Below, piece after piece: positions 1 to 13,420 of a stretch of 64,000 bases of DNA (positions are counted from its first letter, which is position 1; each line of letters begins with the position of its first letter). The position numbers and the translations under genes were made by a program. The notes below the pieces were generated by a model. The model did not search any database. It had not been told where the DNA came from and saw nothing but the letters and a program-made list of their open reading frames with translations. This stretch comes from Sminthopsis crassicaudata (taxonomy: Eukaryota): contig NC_133619.1 of assembly GCF_048593235.1 (NCBI RefSeq), forward strand, positions 38,640,454 through 38,704,453, in the 5' to 3' direction.

Positions 1-356
1 TAAAATCTGGTGCTTCATATTACATATATAGAATAAAGTATAATTCTCCTATCTGATATTCAAGTCCCTTTACAACATGCCATCTAATTCCCTTTCTGGC
101 CTTATTGTACATTACTCCCCTATGTACAAAATGTATTCTGGTCAAACTGATCTTTTTGCTCTGCTTTATACATGGCACTCCATCTTCCACCTCTAGGTCT
201 TTTGCACTTGTCCCCCATACAAGGAATTCCCTCAATACTCACTTCTAATTCTCAGAATCTTTAATTTCCATCAAGGAAACATCTTAAACCTTCTTTTCTG
301 ATCCTAAAAACTTCTATGTTCTTTCCCCCTCTTCCCCTTAATTGGATGAGATATAA

Positions 357-413
357 ATAGATAAGTAGATAGATAGATAAAAATGGATAGATGGATGGCT
401 GGATGGATAGATG

Positions 414-470
<57 letters not shown>
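357..470. repeat. (TGGA)n/(TAGA)n tetranucleotide microsatellite
   Basis: Direct tandem run of GATA/GATG units. Confidence 0.95.
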
Positions 471-733
471 TAGATCTAGATCAGGAGTGGAAAACTTCTG
501 ACCTATGGGTCATATAGAGCCTGCAAAATTTTTGGTTTGGTCCTGCCAAGGCAAACACAAGCAATGATGAACAGCAAGCTTAGTACAACAATCTCCCATT
601 GCTTGAGTTTTTAAATTGATAATTTTGTATGGTCTGCGATTGATGTTATAAATATCCAAATGGCCTTCAGCAGAAAAAAAAGGACTCCCCATCCCTGATA
701 TAGATAGATATACACACACATACATATAAATAC

Positions 734-735
<2 letters not shown>

Positions 736-772
<37 letters not shown>
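736..772. repeat. (TG)n microsatellite
   Basis: Perfect TG run. Confidence 0.95.
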
Positions 773-774
<2 letters not shown>

Positions 775-792
775 ATGTGTATATAGGTATAC

Positions 793-1022
793 CAGCAGCT
801 AGGTGATGTAAATATAGCCAACAGGTCTTGAGTCAAGAAAACCTGACTTCAAATCTGAACTCAGCCCTTGCTATCTGTGTTACCCTAGGCAATTCACTTA
901 ACCCTTTACCTCAGTTACCTCCTTCTGTAAAATGAGCTGGGGAAGAAAATGGGGAAAAAAAACATTCATCATTCTTGCCAAGGAAATCTCAAATGGGATC
1001 ATAAAAAGGCAGACATGATTAA
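793..1022 (+). mobile_element. MAR1-type CORE-SINE
   Basis: tRNA-like head (cagctaggtg...ctgacttcaaatct), CORE (ctgtgttaccctaggcaattcacttaacc...ctgtaaaatgagctgg) and RTE-like tail (cttgccaaggaaat...gacatgatt). Confidence 0.75.
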
Positions 1023-1114
1023 AAAATTATATACATACATATGTGTATGAACACAGATATAGAGATGACCTTGAACTCTAAAATGAAGATCTCCTTTCAA
1101 ATTTGTCTTTATAT

Positions 1115-1180
1115 GCTCATGCCTAACACAATGCCTGGAATATATTAGGAAATTAATAAATATTTGTTGATTTATTGATT
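1115..1180 (+). mobile_element. L2 3' end
   Basis: gcctaacacaatgcctggaatatattagg...aataaatatttgttgatttattgatt resembles the L2 3' terminus. Confidence 0.6.
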
Positions 1181-1204
1181 GGCCTTCTAATCTTTGCCTT
1201 TAAA

Positions 1205-1440
1205 GATCTTCAATGAGAAGAAATCTATGGTTTCCTGAGATGACATACTTCCTTTTTGGTCAATTTTATTGTAAGGAAATTTTCCTCTGGAGCCAAGTGG
1301 AGCAAGTCTCATACTTCTTTGACATGCTGTGCCTTCAGATATTGGAAGACAGTTATTGTGTTCCCTGATAGGTCTTTTTTCAGGCAAAACATCACTAGTA
1401 CCTTCAACCAAATTCCATTTTGCATGATCTTTTCATCATT
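1205..1440 (-). mobile_element. CR1/L3 LINE 3' fragment
   Basis: Minus strand ...aataactgtcttccaatatctgaaggcacagcatgtcaaagaag...gacttgctccacttggctccagagg resembles the CR1/L3 ORF2 3' end. Confidence 0.6.
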
Positions 1441-2654
1441 GTTTCTCCTATGAATATTGTACAACAGAAATAGAGAAAGAAAATGGGGTTAAGAGAATGA
1501 AAGAAAAGATATTTGATTCAAGTTAATGACCAGGTACAAACTCAAAGAATATCTGAATGAAGAAGTGAAGAAATCAGAGCAAAAGGGAAATCTGAAGTAA
1601 AGACTCTAATACAGAGGTACCAAAAGTAAAGAAAGAAGTACGTTGTCAGGAACACAGGTATTTTAGGCGCTAAAAACACAGAAAGGCAGTAGACCAGGAA
1701 GAAGGAAAGAAGAAGTCAAGATAAGTCAAGAAATCACTGTATGGACAGCAAAGACAAGATACCAATAACTAAGAACTTATAACCTTGAAATTGATTATTG
1801 GTTTAACAAGGAATCTTCTATATGATTTCTTCTGGGTCAGAAACCAATTTCAGGATCCATCTAATTAGTCCAAAACCTAGGATGATATCAATTGGATTAA
1901 CAAGTAAATTATTAAAATTAAACTCTGGTTCTGATTAAAGGGTAAAAGGGGAAGAAAATGTCTAACTTTGAATCAGTGCTTGATTCAGAACAACATTGGG
2001 GAAAGAGAGATATACTCAATGGAAAAAGATAAATCTGGTAGTTGGTACCTATTCCACATAGATTTAAGGATCAACCCAAGGAGACCAGATTACCCATCAT
2101 GCATGATTCATTAGTCCAGTCTGATCATTAAAGCATTTTTTTGGAGTAACAGTGACTGGTGACTTCTTAATGCTTGTGGCTTCCACAAGTAGATAAATAT
2201 TGGTAAACAAGCAATACGATACAAACTAGGCTCCTTAAAACTTTTCACCATGTCTATTTGAGATCTACTTCTTTCAGCCTAAGTGTCTTCCCTGGAGGAG
2301 GGGAGGCTAATGGGATTTGCATGATACATTCTCCCCTATAAGGTGTTCTCGGTCTATTATTTGTAGTTATTTGTAACAAAGGCAACAACAAATATAACAA
2401 TTCCAATCTGTTTTCTTTGCCATCTGATGCTTCATACTTAGTTCCTACTCCTTATTATTTACTGAGGAAACAAAAGCAGAATTGGCTCCATAAAAAGGTC
2501 TTGCTTTGTCAAAGATTAATAGTAGAATGATTCATTTGAACAAGTTTGGGTTTATTACTTGCAAAACTTCAATTAAAGATATTGATTACCATATTCCTCA
2601 GGATTCTTGATATTGTTGGTGTTTTGGGTTTCGCATTTTTATGTTTGTGTGTTA

Positions 2655-4100
2655 TATATACATACATATTTATACAGTTATCTTGCTGCACAAGAAAAAT
2701 CAGGTCAAGAAGAAAGGAAAATAAAAACTAAGAAAGAAAGCAAAATGCAAGCAAATAATAACAGAGAGAGTGAGAATGCTATGTTGTGGTCCACACTGTT
2801 CCCATGGTTCTCTATCTGGGTGTGGATGGTTCTCTTCATCACTGAACAATTGGAACTAGTCTGAATCATCTCATTGCTGAAGAGAGCCATGTCCATCAGA
2901 ACTGATTGTCGTATAGTCTTCTTGTTGCTGTGTATAGTGATCTCCTAGTTCTACTCATTTCACTTAACATTAGTTCATGTAAGTCTTTCCAGGCCTCTCT
3001 GAAATCATCCTGCTGATCGTTTCTTACATCCATAGCATTCATATACCATAATTTATTCAGCCATTCTCCAATTGATGGGCATCCATTCAGTTTACAGTTT
3101 CTTGCCACTACAAAAAGGGCTGCCACAAACATTTGTGCACATGCAGGTCCTTTCCCTTCTTTAGTACCTCTTTGGGATATAATTCCTGTAGAAACACTGC
3201 TGGATCAAAGAGTATGCACTCTTTGATAACTTTTTCAGCATAGTTCCTGATTGCTCTCCAGAATGGTTGAATCTGTTCACAATTCCACCAGCAATGTATC
3301 AGTGTCCCAGTTTTCCCACATCCCCTCCAACATTTGTTATTATCTTTTTCTGCCATCTTAGTCAATCTGAGAGGTGTGTGGTGGTATCTGAGAGTTGTCT
3401 TAATTTCCATTTCTCTGATCAATAATTATTTGGAGCACCTTTTCATGTGACTACAAATAGCTTCAATTTCTTCATCTGAAAACTGTCTGTTCATATCCTT
3501 TGATCATTTATCAATTGGAGAATGGCTTGAACTCTTATAAATTTGAGTCAGTTTATATATTTTAGAAATGAGGCCTTTATCAGTTCCTTTGGATGTAAAA
3601 ATGTTTTCCCAGTTTATTGCTTCCCTTCTAATCATGTCTGCATTAGTTTTGTTTGTATAAAAACTTTTTAACTTAATATAATCAAAAATATCTATTTTGT
3701 GATCAATAATGATCTCTAGTTCTTCTTTGGTCATAAATTCCTTCCTCCTCCACAAATCTGAGAGGTAAACAATCCTATGTTCTTCTAATTTGTTTATAAT
3801 ATCATTCTTTATGATATGATCATGAACTTATTTTGACCTTACCTTAGTATATGGTGTTAGGTGTGGGTCAATGGCTAGTTTTGAATTTTCCTAGCAGTTT
3901 TTTGTAAAATAGTGAATTCTTATCCCAAAAGTTGGGGTCTTTGGGCTTGTCAAACACTACATTGCTATAGTTATTGATTATTTTGTCCTGTGAACCTAAC
4001 CTATTCCACTGATCAACTAGTCTATTTCTTAGCCAATACCAAATAATTTTGATGACCACTGCTTTATAATATAGTTTTAGATCTGATACAGCTAGGCCAC
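2655..4100 (-). mobile_element. 5'-truncated, frameshifted L1 (ORF2 C-terminal region plus part of 3' UTR)
   Basis: Broken ORF2 pieces at 3868-4059, 3504-3755, 3108-3422 (TTLRYHHTPLR...CWRGCGKTGTLIHCWW, the cysteine-rich domain) and 2896-3132 (REAWKDLHELMLSEMSRTRRSLY), followed by marsupial L1 3' UTR. Confidence 0.92.
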
Positions 4101-4298
4101 CTTTTTATTTATTTGTTTGTTTGTTTGTTTGCAAAATCCCTAACATTCTCTTGGAACTAAGTTCCAGGGAAATATTTTTTTCACTTGTATAGATTTTATA
4201 GTTAGCATTCTCTCCTATTCTACTCACTGCACAAAATCTCTTTGTTAACTTTTTGAGCATTTTTTACTTTCCAGACTTTTACTTATTTTTACTTATCA

Positions 4299-4528
4299 GA
4301 ATAGCTAGGTAATATAGTAGATAGAGCACCAGACCTGACCTGAATTCAGATTCAGTCTCAGACACTTATTAGCTATGTAATTCTGGGCTAGTCATTTAAA
4401 CCTTTTTACCTCACTTTCCTCATCTGTAAAATGAGCTTGTGAAGGAAATGGCAAAAATTTAGTATTTTTGCTAAGAAATCCTAAATGGAGTCATGAAGAG
4501 CCAGATACAGCTGATATGACTGAACAAC
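4299..4528 (+). mobile_element. MAR1-type CORE-SINE
   Basis: atagctaggtaatatagtagatagagcac head, CORE, and gaaggaaatggcaaa...atgactgaacaac tail. Confidence 0.75.
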
Positions 4529-6024
4529 TTCTTTGTTTATATGATATCTTACTCCAATAGAATGGAATCTGCTCAAGACAGACACCTAGGACTTTGCCTA
4601 GTATCACTAGGCACTCAGAAAGTACTTTGTATATAATATCCTCTTAATAAATTCCAAATTGAATTGAATTGAATCTCAGATACATTAAAGCATCTGTTAT
4701 TTTTCTTCTTTTCTTTCTGTTTTTTTCTTCCTAATGTCTTATTTTTCATTGTGTTTTCATTAAAAGCATGTGCTATCTCAAGGCATCTTGAAAATAATTG
4801 TATAAAACTCGAATAAATAACCAAAACCAAAACAAAATCTATAGAAGTGCATAAGGTTATTTTCAAATGAAAGGCAATGTTTTGTAATATATAATTTTTT
4901 GCCCATGTTGCCCATCATAAACATCTTGTAGAAGAAGAGCCTGTCGTTTTAATTCTATTTTCCCCAGGGAAGACAGCACATTGTATGAGAAGTGGTCAGT
5001 AAATATGATCATGATGACAATGATTAAACTTGATTGGAGAACTTACAACTTTGAAATATTGTCAGCCAAAATTCACAGAGTAAGAGTGTTCATGTCTGTA
5101 AACAGATAAAATGAATTCCAGGGGGAAAGGGAGAATGGGAGAGGCCTTGGTAATCCCAGAGATAGATATAGGAAATTAGATTGATAAAAGAGTTCATAGC
5201 CTGCATCAGGACTTATTTTAACTCTCCTATGCCACTATACCACTCCATTGATACCCTCTTCTTGTATGTCATTGTGAGATGAAGGAATTTCTTATCTACG
5301 GAAGGCCCTACCTAGGAGCTTTAGCTTGGGTAGATCTTACCAAGCTGGAAAGACTTTGAATTTGTATGTTTGCCCAAGATCAGCCTACCTATATTCAGAT
5401 ACTCTTTACCACACTGATTACAGGATAATTAATTTTCAGACGTAGCAATTTTTGCAAACTATCTACTCTGTTATAATAGAAGTTGCAACCTAGATCAGAG
5501 GAGAAAACCCACATTAATGAAAATACAGGACCTTGAAATTGTATATCTATAGTAGAACTTCTTTAAAAGATAGAGCAATGAGACTGTTTTTGAGTTATAA
5601 TGAAGAAAATGGGTGAATGGTAAAGATGGGGGAGGCAATCATGGGGCACAAGTGAACAAGAACATATGGACAGAATGAGTGTTTACTGGTGCTTGGAAAT
5701 ATAAAAATCCTTAGATGGAGAGCTCTCAGTTTCAGGAAATCACTTGTGATTGAGTTTTAGAGAGCATGGACAGGAAACAGAAGATGAGTAGGTATTAACA
5801 GGCTGTGGTCTGCACCAAAGGAGAAAATGCCCATATTGATGAGATCACAGAGCTCAGTCTTGGAGTGCCCATGATTCAAAAGGGCTCCAAGGCAAATAAA
5901 TATTTGAAGCGTAGAAGTGAAAGTAAACTAATCTGTTCCTCCTAGATGGAAATTGAAGCCATTACAACATGAAAGGAGATAACATATGCAAAGTACTTTA
6001 TAAATCTTAAAGTGGTATATAAGT

Positions 6025-6180
6025 AATACTTTAACATATTTAACTTATATGGGACTACCAGCCATCTAGGGGAGGGGGTGGAGGGTAGGAGGGGAAAAGT
6101 TGAAACAGAAATTTTTGCAAGGTCAATGTTGAAAAATTACCCATGCATATGTTTTGTATATAAAAATCTATAATAAAAAA
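6025..6180 (+). mobile_element. L1 extreme 3' end (G-rich 3' UTR plus A tail)
   Basis: gccatctagggggagggggtggagggtaggaggggaaaagttg...caatgttgaaaaattacccatgcatatg...aataaaaaa. Confidence 0.8.
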
Positions 6181-6329
6181 TGTAATATAAAAAAGTGATG
6201 TATATATGTATATATACATATACAATATATTATGTGATATATAACATGTATTATTTATCATTATCAACTGTTTCATGCTCAAAACATTTAATTCATTAAA
6301 TCTAGTAGGCCCAGAACTATGTTGCATAT

Positions 6330-6660
6330 TCTATTTAGTCATTTACCAAAATACCAGGACCTACTCAAGTTTTGTTATTACTGTCTGCCCTGCATCTATA
6401 CCTACAGTCATCACTGCTTTCCACTTCATGCTTTTGTTGTGAGAGATCTATCATTTCTTCATGACAATCCACTGCTCTTTGACTTTATTAACAATCTCTG
6501 TGATGGCTTAGAAAAAAAGCTTTCATATTTGATCACTAACCCCTTATATCTATTAGAAAGAAAACTCTTTGAGGACAAAGAATATCTAACTTTTGCATCT
6601 GTATCTCCGGTGCTTGGCACATAGTGCAATCTTAATAAATGCTTATTATTATTTGTTTGC
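6330..6660 (+). mobile_element. L2 3' fragment
   Basis: Ends in ctctttgaggacaaaga...tgtatctccggtgcttggcacatagtgcaatcttaataaatgctt. Confidence 0.65.
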
Positions 6661-7439
6661 TTCAATGTTTGAAGATTTAGGACACAACTAGTCATCTTGA
6701 GAAGTGAATGAGTATTTTTATGCTTGCCTTGTATGTCTTCAACAGTCAAGAAGGTTTTAAGAACATAATTTCACTATTCTTTGAGCCTTCCTTTTATTGC
6801 CCCAGAATTGGTATATTAACTCAACCGTTATCCCTGCTGGAACTTCTTTAGTCAGCTACAAGGTATTTGGTTACCGTGTTTACTCCTCATGTAAACAAGT
6901 TGTGCCTGAAACTTCCCTTTGCCATTTCAATCTCTTTAATTCCATCTAATAAAGTATGAGGAAGATGTCTGGACTTAGAGCCACATACAAATACAACTAC
7001 ACTGGAAAATCTTGGGTCGTACATAATTAAACACAAAGAATATAACTTCAAATATCGAAGTTGAATAAAATATCTTTTCAGCTCATATTTATTAAGTAAT
7101 TGTTGAATGCACAGCATTGTGCTAATTCCCCAAAGAGATTTATTTGAAGACACTGTACTATGTTGCTTAGATTGAGGATTTTCCAAAATACAATTCTCAC
7201 AATTACTATTCATGCTTACTACCTTCTCATCTTTATGGTACTACTTAGCACTATCAGACTAGTCTTGTTTATATAAAGATCTGATCATATCCATCTTCTG
7301 TTCAAGAATTTTCAGTAATTTTATATTGTCAATTGAGTATATTCAAAGTCCTCATTCAATTACTTTTTTAGTCTGTTGTCACTTTGGCTTTCTCATCTTA
7401 TTCTAGTTGGTGAAAATGCCATATATATACACACATACA

Positions 7440-7572
7440 GGGTGAGAGGGAAAAAGGGAGATAGAGGCATTCAGAAATAGAGAAAGAGAGGGGGGAAAGG
7501 AAGGAAGGAGAAAGAGAGGGAGAGAGGAAGAAGGAGAAGGAAAGGGAGAAGAAGAGGGAGAAGAAGAGAGAG
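7440..7572. repeat. Polypurine (GA/GGA) low-complexity tract
   Basis: Almost purely A/G on the plus strand. Confidence 0.85.
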
Positions 7573-7903
7573 ACTTGCATTAAAAAAGACCAAATCAATG
7601 AGCTTTGTGAGATCCTAAGGAGAAAAGGAATTGAAGACCAGGTTGCCATAGAAGGCTTCATGGACCACATTGGCATTGAGTTAGACTTCAAAGCCTTGAA
7701 GACTTTGCTTATCTGGTTAAGTTTAGTAAAAGAATGAAGCTCATGGCAGGGAGACAAGGTGAGAAAGGCAAAATGACATGATTATAGAAGTCATAGAATG
7801 GCAGGAACCCGAATATATTCAGTTGACAAAACAGAATTACCGAACAGTTTTGAGCAGAAGATTTATATGACTAGATTTGTCATTAAAAAAAAAGGTTAGT
7901 CTT

Positions 7904-8050
7904 GGAACATCTGAGTGGCATAGTGGATAGAGCATCAGCCCTGAAGTCAGGAGGACCTGAGTTCAAATTCAACCTCAGATACGTAACACTTCTCTAGCTG
8001 TATGACCCTGGGTAAGTCACATAACCCCAATTGCCTCAGGAAAAAAAGAA
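7904..8050 (+). mobile_element. WSINE1-type short CORE-SINE
   Basis: gtggcatagtggatagagcatcagccctgaagtcaggaggacctgagttcaaat...aaccccaattgcctcag plus A tail, about 145 bp. Confidence 0.85.
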
Positions 8051-8365
8051 AGAGTAGTCTCAGGGTACTAGGCTGTATTATAAAAAGTGAAATGGAAGCA
8101 GAAATGAATGATTGAAATAATTGCATTTAGGAAAATCTTCAATACTTTATACTATTAAAAAAAACTTTATTTTTGTTTTTTGTTTTACTTGATTAATTAT
8201 CAAACCAGATTATCACTGTGGTTATATAATAAGGAATCTTGTATAATTTTGACATCTGCATGGAGAGACACCTTGTTAGAGGAGAGAATATTCCTCTTGA
8301 TTGAGAGGCAATGGATTCTAGAATTAGAATTGGCCAATATGAGAATCTGTTTTCCTTGACAATTT

Positions 8366-8368
<3 letters not shown>

Positions 8369-8418
<50 letters not shown>
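8369..8418. repeat. (AT)n microsatellite
   Basis: Perfect AT run. Confidence 0.95.
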
Positions 8419-8420
<2 letters not shown>

Positions 8421-9239
8421 AAAGAGCTTTTTTCCAGCAAAGGAATAAGTAGGAGAAAAAGAAAAGACATGTTTGTTTATTTAAAATATAAAATTTAATT
8501 AAAATTATTTTTTTAAAAAAATGTTTTGCCCTACTAAAGCTTTCAATAAATACAGAGGAAACTGATATTCTCCATATTTCAGTCAATTATGTTATTGTGT
8601 GATAATAAAGCTCTGCTCTACTATGAAATATCACCTGAAAAATTTCATCCATTTCCATTTAATATTTGTATCAATGATACCTTTAATACTCAGATTATTT
8701 TCACACTCAAAAAGTCATATAGTATAAAAGATAGTCATATTAGTTGGTAATTATTGTTTTCTCATTCATCTTTTTTGGTTATAAACTCCAATTTTTTCCA
8801 TCTTTTTAGTGCTTCTTCTTGAGTCATCTATTTTTTTCCCCTCTTCCTACCCCATGTTATTTCTAGTTATTTTGGAAATATATTCAGAAACATAATAATA
8901 ATTCCTGATAAGGTGGATCCACTGTTGTTGATGCCAAAAAGAATTCTCTAGAAACACTTTTGAAGATTTTTTTGCATCTTTCATCTCACTTAATTTCATC
9001 TTTAAGTGCCCTCAAGGTGACTTTGCTTAATATGATTTAATCACCAAGATTTCTGGCTTCTCTCTTTGTCCTAGTATTCTTTTTGATACTTGAGACAGCA
9101 TTCCTTGAACATCCCTGCCCAGGCTTCCTTTACCTTCTCTTACCTGCTTTGTGATGGACCTCTTGAACCTTACAGGAAATATCACCAGCTGCTGCAAAGC
9201 TGAACTTCAAAAGGAGACTTTGAACAATCTAATACTTTC

Positions 9240-10200
9240 CTTTCTCAATGGAGCTTTCTCTATCCATTAATAGTCTGCTTGGACTCATTCCTCAATTGTT
9301 ACCATATTACCATACTCCAACCTTATTTCTTACCCCACTATTGCTTTACTCCCATCCCCCCCAATCTAACCTCCACAATCTCCACTCCATATCTATTTTC
9401 ATCACTCCATTCACTCTATTCTCTGGAATGCCTACTCTAAAAATTGTTTTTGATTTTCATTTTAAATACTTTCTCTACCTCCATATTTTGCAAATATTTC
9501 TCTGCAAATTTGGCTTCCTCTTGGAAGGGACTAAAATGTGGTCACTTCCCACTGTAACTCCACACTCCTCCTCTTATCACCAGCACTCAGTAACCTCTCC
9601 AGTACATTTCATTCAATTCATATTTAGACTCTAGGCAAGATTCTGTTTATCTATAATTTACCAATCCCCAAGATATTCTCCTTCTTTCTTTAAGGAATTT
9701 ATGGTCATTTTCTCCACCCCCAAAACTGTGCTCATTAATGTACATTTTGATACTTGCTCATTTACCTTAACCTATTAGTTCTTCAATCCATTCAGTTTCC
9801 ATTACTCCACTTCACCTTGGTTGCATATAGTCATGGTCATACCCTTCATCATGCCATCACCTATGTAATTGTCTCAATTCTATGTTCATGAACTCTAATA
9901 TTCTTTTATGTAATCATAATTGTTTATTGTTCAAGTTTTACCTCTGCCTTAATGACTTCTAACCCTGTTCTTTATTCTCACCAAGACCTCCATTCCCTCT
10001 GGCCCTCAATTCTTTTCCAGTTTATTACATATATATTAGCTACACTTTCCTTCCTTACCTCTTTTAAATCCTTGATGAATTTGTTCAACTCTGTGGACTC
10101 TACTATGAAACACTTGACTACTTATCCTATTGCAAAGCCCCAGATTTGGATTTCCAGTATCCAGTGCTCTTGTTTCTATTCATGTAATGATGAACAGACC
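9240..10200 (+). mobile_element. Ancient L2 internal fragment
   Basis: C/T-rich, with tcatggtcataccctt...gccatcacc (degenerate GHTLDLAIT endonuclease motif) and other L2-like blocks. Confidence 0.55.
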
Positions 10201-10479
10201 TGGAAAATGTTTTTTTAAAGTATTTATTAGAACCACTAAAATTTTATTTTACATAATGTCAATGAGTTTATAACCAGTGAAACAAGGCAATCCTTTGATA
10301 TCTTTATAATCAATTTGCTATCCCACTCACCACCAAAGTTCTTTCAAATCTTTTCATTTCTCTTCAAACTTTTCATGAGTCAATAAGATATTTGGAAAGT
10401 GCTTAGCATAGTGCCTGGCACATAGTAGGTGCTTAAGAAATGCTTGTATACCTGTCATGCCCACCCTTTTGGCTAAGAA

Positions 10480-12046
10480 TCTTACAGCACATTTTACTGA
10501 AAAAAAAATAAGATTATTTCTCAAGAATTCTCTCCTCTTATTATAGGAAGGTAGATATAGATATATAAAATATATAATTCTGATATCCTCACTATCTTTT
10601 CATATAAATTGACCATATAATAAGATATAAAGACATCATACATAAAAGTAGAAAAAAAGACATATTAAGCACACATTTTAATGTCCATAATTTAATAAAA
10701 AATATTTGTAGTAAAGGGTTAAAAATTAGTATCTCAGTGACTTAATCCTAAAGAACTGGTCAATAAAAAACAATGATAAAAATAATAGTCTCATTTTTAT
10801 CATTATCTTTGATGAAATTATCTATGTGCCAATGTTCCAAAATCTGTGGGATAGAACTTCAGTAATGTTTAGAGGAGATTTTGAATCTCTAAATATTTTT
10901 ATCAATAAAAAGGAGAAAGGACAGAATAAGGAATTGATTGTACAATTTGAAATGATAGGAAAATGTGTTTTAAAATATTATTTATACACCAAAACATAAA
11001 TAAATGCCCAAAAAGTAACAATATTAAAAGAAAAATTAATTAGTGAAAAAACTAGAAATTCTTTTAAGAAATAAAACAGATAAAACATTAGCTAATTTGA
11101 TTTTTTTGTACAGAAAAAAAATCAAATAATAAGTAACAAAAATGAAATGGGATAATTCCCAGTACAGGAAAAAAAAAAGCAAAGGATATTTATTAGAAAC
11201 TTTGGCCCAATTATATTTCCATAAAACTGATAAATTGTGAATATTTGTAAAATGCAAATGATTAACAAAACAAGAAATAGAGAATTTAAATAACTTAATA
11301 TCAGGAGAAAAAGTTGAATAAACCATAAAACTCCCAAAGGGGAAAAAAAAAAAAAAACCCTTGGATTAAATGGATTTACAAGTGAATCCACACAAACATA
11401 CAAAAAACCAATTAATTCCAATATTATGTAAACTGAAAAAATAGGAAGAGATCAGATCTTATCTAATTACTTCTATGATATAAATATGGCTTTGACATTT
11501 TAACCAGGGATAATAAAAACAGAGAAGGAAAACTATACTCCAGTATCGTTAGTGAACATTGTTGGAAAAATTTTATATACAGTATTATTAACAAAAAGTC
11601 AGCAGCAACACATCAAAAATACCACACATTAAAACCATGTTGGAATTATACTAGAAATTGAGTTTTGGTTAAGCATTTAGATAAATATACTTGATCATAT
11701 ACATGAACAGCAAAAATCATATGATTATATCAAAAGATTTAGGAAAAATTTAATAAAACATGACATCTATGTTTATTTAAAACACATACACACACACATC
11801 AGAAAACACAAGGATCAATGAATCTTTTCTTAATATAAAAAGTAGTATATATCTGAAACAAAGATAAAGCATTATATTCGATGGGGATGGGATAAACTAG
11901 AGCTTTTCCCAGTAAGGTCAGGAAACAGGGATATCCATTATTATCACTACTATTTGGTGTAATACTAGAAATATATGTTATGATAATACAGAAAGAAAAT
12001 TAAAGAAATAAATATAATCAAAGAATAAACAAAATTATTAATTTTG
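10480..12046 (+). mobile_element. Old degenerate L1, ORF2 left part (end of EN domain to RT)
   Basis: Recognisable decayed codons: ggattaaatggatttacaagtgaa (PDGFTSEF), aactatactccagtatcgttagtgaacatt (NYRPISLMNI), atgattatatcaaaagat (MIISID), ggatatccattattatcactactattt (GCPLSPLLF). Confidence 0.8.
12030..12046. repeat. Target-site duplication, left copy (caaaattattaattttg)
   Basis: Identical 17-mer at 15974-15990. Confidence 0.9.
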
Positions 12047-13420
12047 TTCTATTTCTTTTTCTGAAATGGGACTATTTAAGCAATTTATCTCCTCCTCTGT
12101 TAATCTAGGGAGCCTATATTTTTGGAGAAAGTCATCCATTTCACTTAAGTTATCAAATTTATTGGCATAAAGTTGGGCAAAGTAACTCCTTATTATTTCT
12201 CTAATTTCCTCTTCATTGGTGGAAAGATCCCCCTTTTCATTTGTAAGACTATCAATTTGATTTTCCTCTTTCTTTTTTTTGATCAAATTTACCAAAGGTT
12301 TATCTATTTTATTGGCTTTTTCATAAAACCAACTCTTGGTTTTATTTATTAATTCAATAGTTTTTTTACTTTCAATTTTATTGATTTCTCCTTTTAATTT
12401 TTGTATTTCGAGTTTAATTTTTGGTTGGGGGTTTATAATTTGGTCTTTTTCTAGCCTTTTAAGTTGTAAGCCCAATTCGTTAATCTTCTCTTTCTCAATT
12501 TTCTTCAAATAAGCCTCTAAAGATATAAAATTTCCCCTTATTACTGCTTTAGCTGCATCCCAAAGATTTTGATATGATGTCTCATCATTATCATTATCTT
12601 GGGTGAAATTGTTAATTGTTTCTATAATTTGCTCTTTCACCCAGTCATTCTTTAAGATGAGATTATTCAGTTTCCAATTACTTTTTGGTCTATTTACCCC
12701 TAACTTTTTACTGAATGTAGCTTTTATTGCATTGTGATCTGAGAAGAAGGCATTTATTATTTCTGCCTTCCTACATTTAATTTTGAGATCTTTATGTCCT
12801 AATATATGGTCAATTTTTGTATAGGATCCATGAACTGCTGAAAAGAAAGTATATTCCTTCCTATTGCCATTCAGTTTTCTCCAAAGGTCTATCATACCTA
12901 GTTTTTCTAATGTTCTATTTACTTTTTTAATTTCTTTCTTGTTTGTTTTGTGGTTTGATTTGTCTAAATCTGAGAGTGCAAGGTTGAGATCTCCCACTAT
13001 TATAGTTTTACTGTCTATTTCTTCTTGCAGTTCTCTTAACTTTTCCTTTAGAAAGTTAGATGCTATACCACTTGGTGCATATATGTTTAGTATTGATATG
13101 GCTTCATTATTTATGCTACCTTTCAGCAGGATATAGTTTCCTTCCTTATCTTTTTTAACGAGATCTACTTCTGCTTTTGCTTGATCTGAGATAAGGATAG
13201 CTACCCCTGCTTTTTTGGCTTTACCTGAAGCATAATAGGCTCTGTTCCAACCTTTTACCTTTACTCTGTATGTATCTCCCTGCTTTAAGTGTGTTTCCTG
13301 TAGACAACATATTGTAGGGTTCTGCTTTTTGATCCAATCTGCTATCCGTCTCCGTTTGATGGGATCGTTCATCCCATTTACATTTACAGTTAAAATTACT
13401 AATTCTGTGTTTCCTGCCAT
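12038..13420 (-). CDS. ORF2: L1 ORF2p N-terminal 460 aa (APE-type endonuclease and following region; RT absent)
   Basis: Uninterrupted ORF with EN motifs NVNG, CLQETH, NIYAP, GDLN, YTKIDHI, FSDHNA. It ends ...[10 protein letters not shown], with the stop supplied by target DNA. Confidence 0.9.
   Translation of the reverse strand: MAGNTELVILTVNVNGMNDPIKRRRIADWIKKQNPTICCLQETHLKQGDTYRVKVKGWNRAYYASGKAKKAGVAILISDQAKAEVDLVKKDKEGNYILLKGSINNEAISILNIYAPSGIASNFLKEKLRELQEEIDSKTIIVGDLNLALSDLDKSNHKTNKKEIKKVNRTLEKLGMIDLWRKLNGNRKEYTFFSAVHGSYTKIDHILGHKDLKIKCRKAEIINAFFSDHNAIKATFSKKLGVNRPKSNWKLNNLILKNDWVKEQIIETINNFTQDNDNDETSYQNLWDAAKAVIRGNFISLEAYLKKIEKEKINELGLQLKRLEKDQIINPQPKIKLEIQKLKGEINKIESKKTIELINKTKSWFYEKANKIDKPLVNLIKKKKEENQIDSLTNEKGDLSTNEEEIREIIRSYFAQLYANKFDNLSEMDDFLQKYRLPRLTEEEINCLNSPISEKEIEQN

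Noticed and set aside
2655-6180. Twin-priming inversion: the minus fragment breaks off in the 3' UTR about where the plus-strand 3' end (6025-6180) begins
   Set aside because: About 1.9 kb containing older MAR1 and L2 relics separates them, and no shared TSD is visible. Short L1 3' ends are common.
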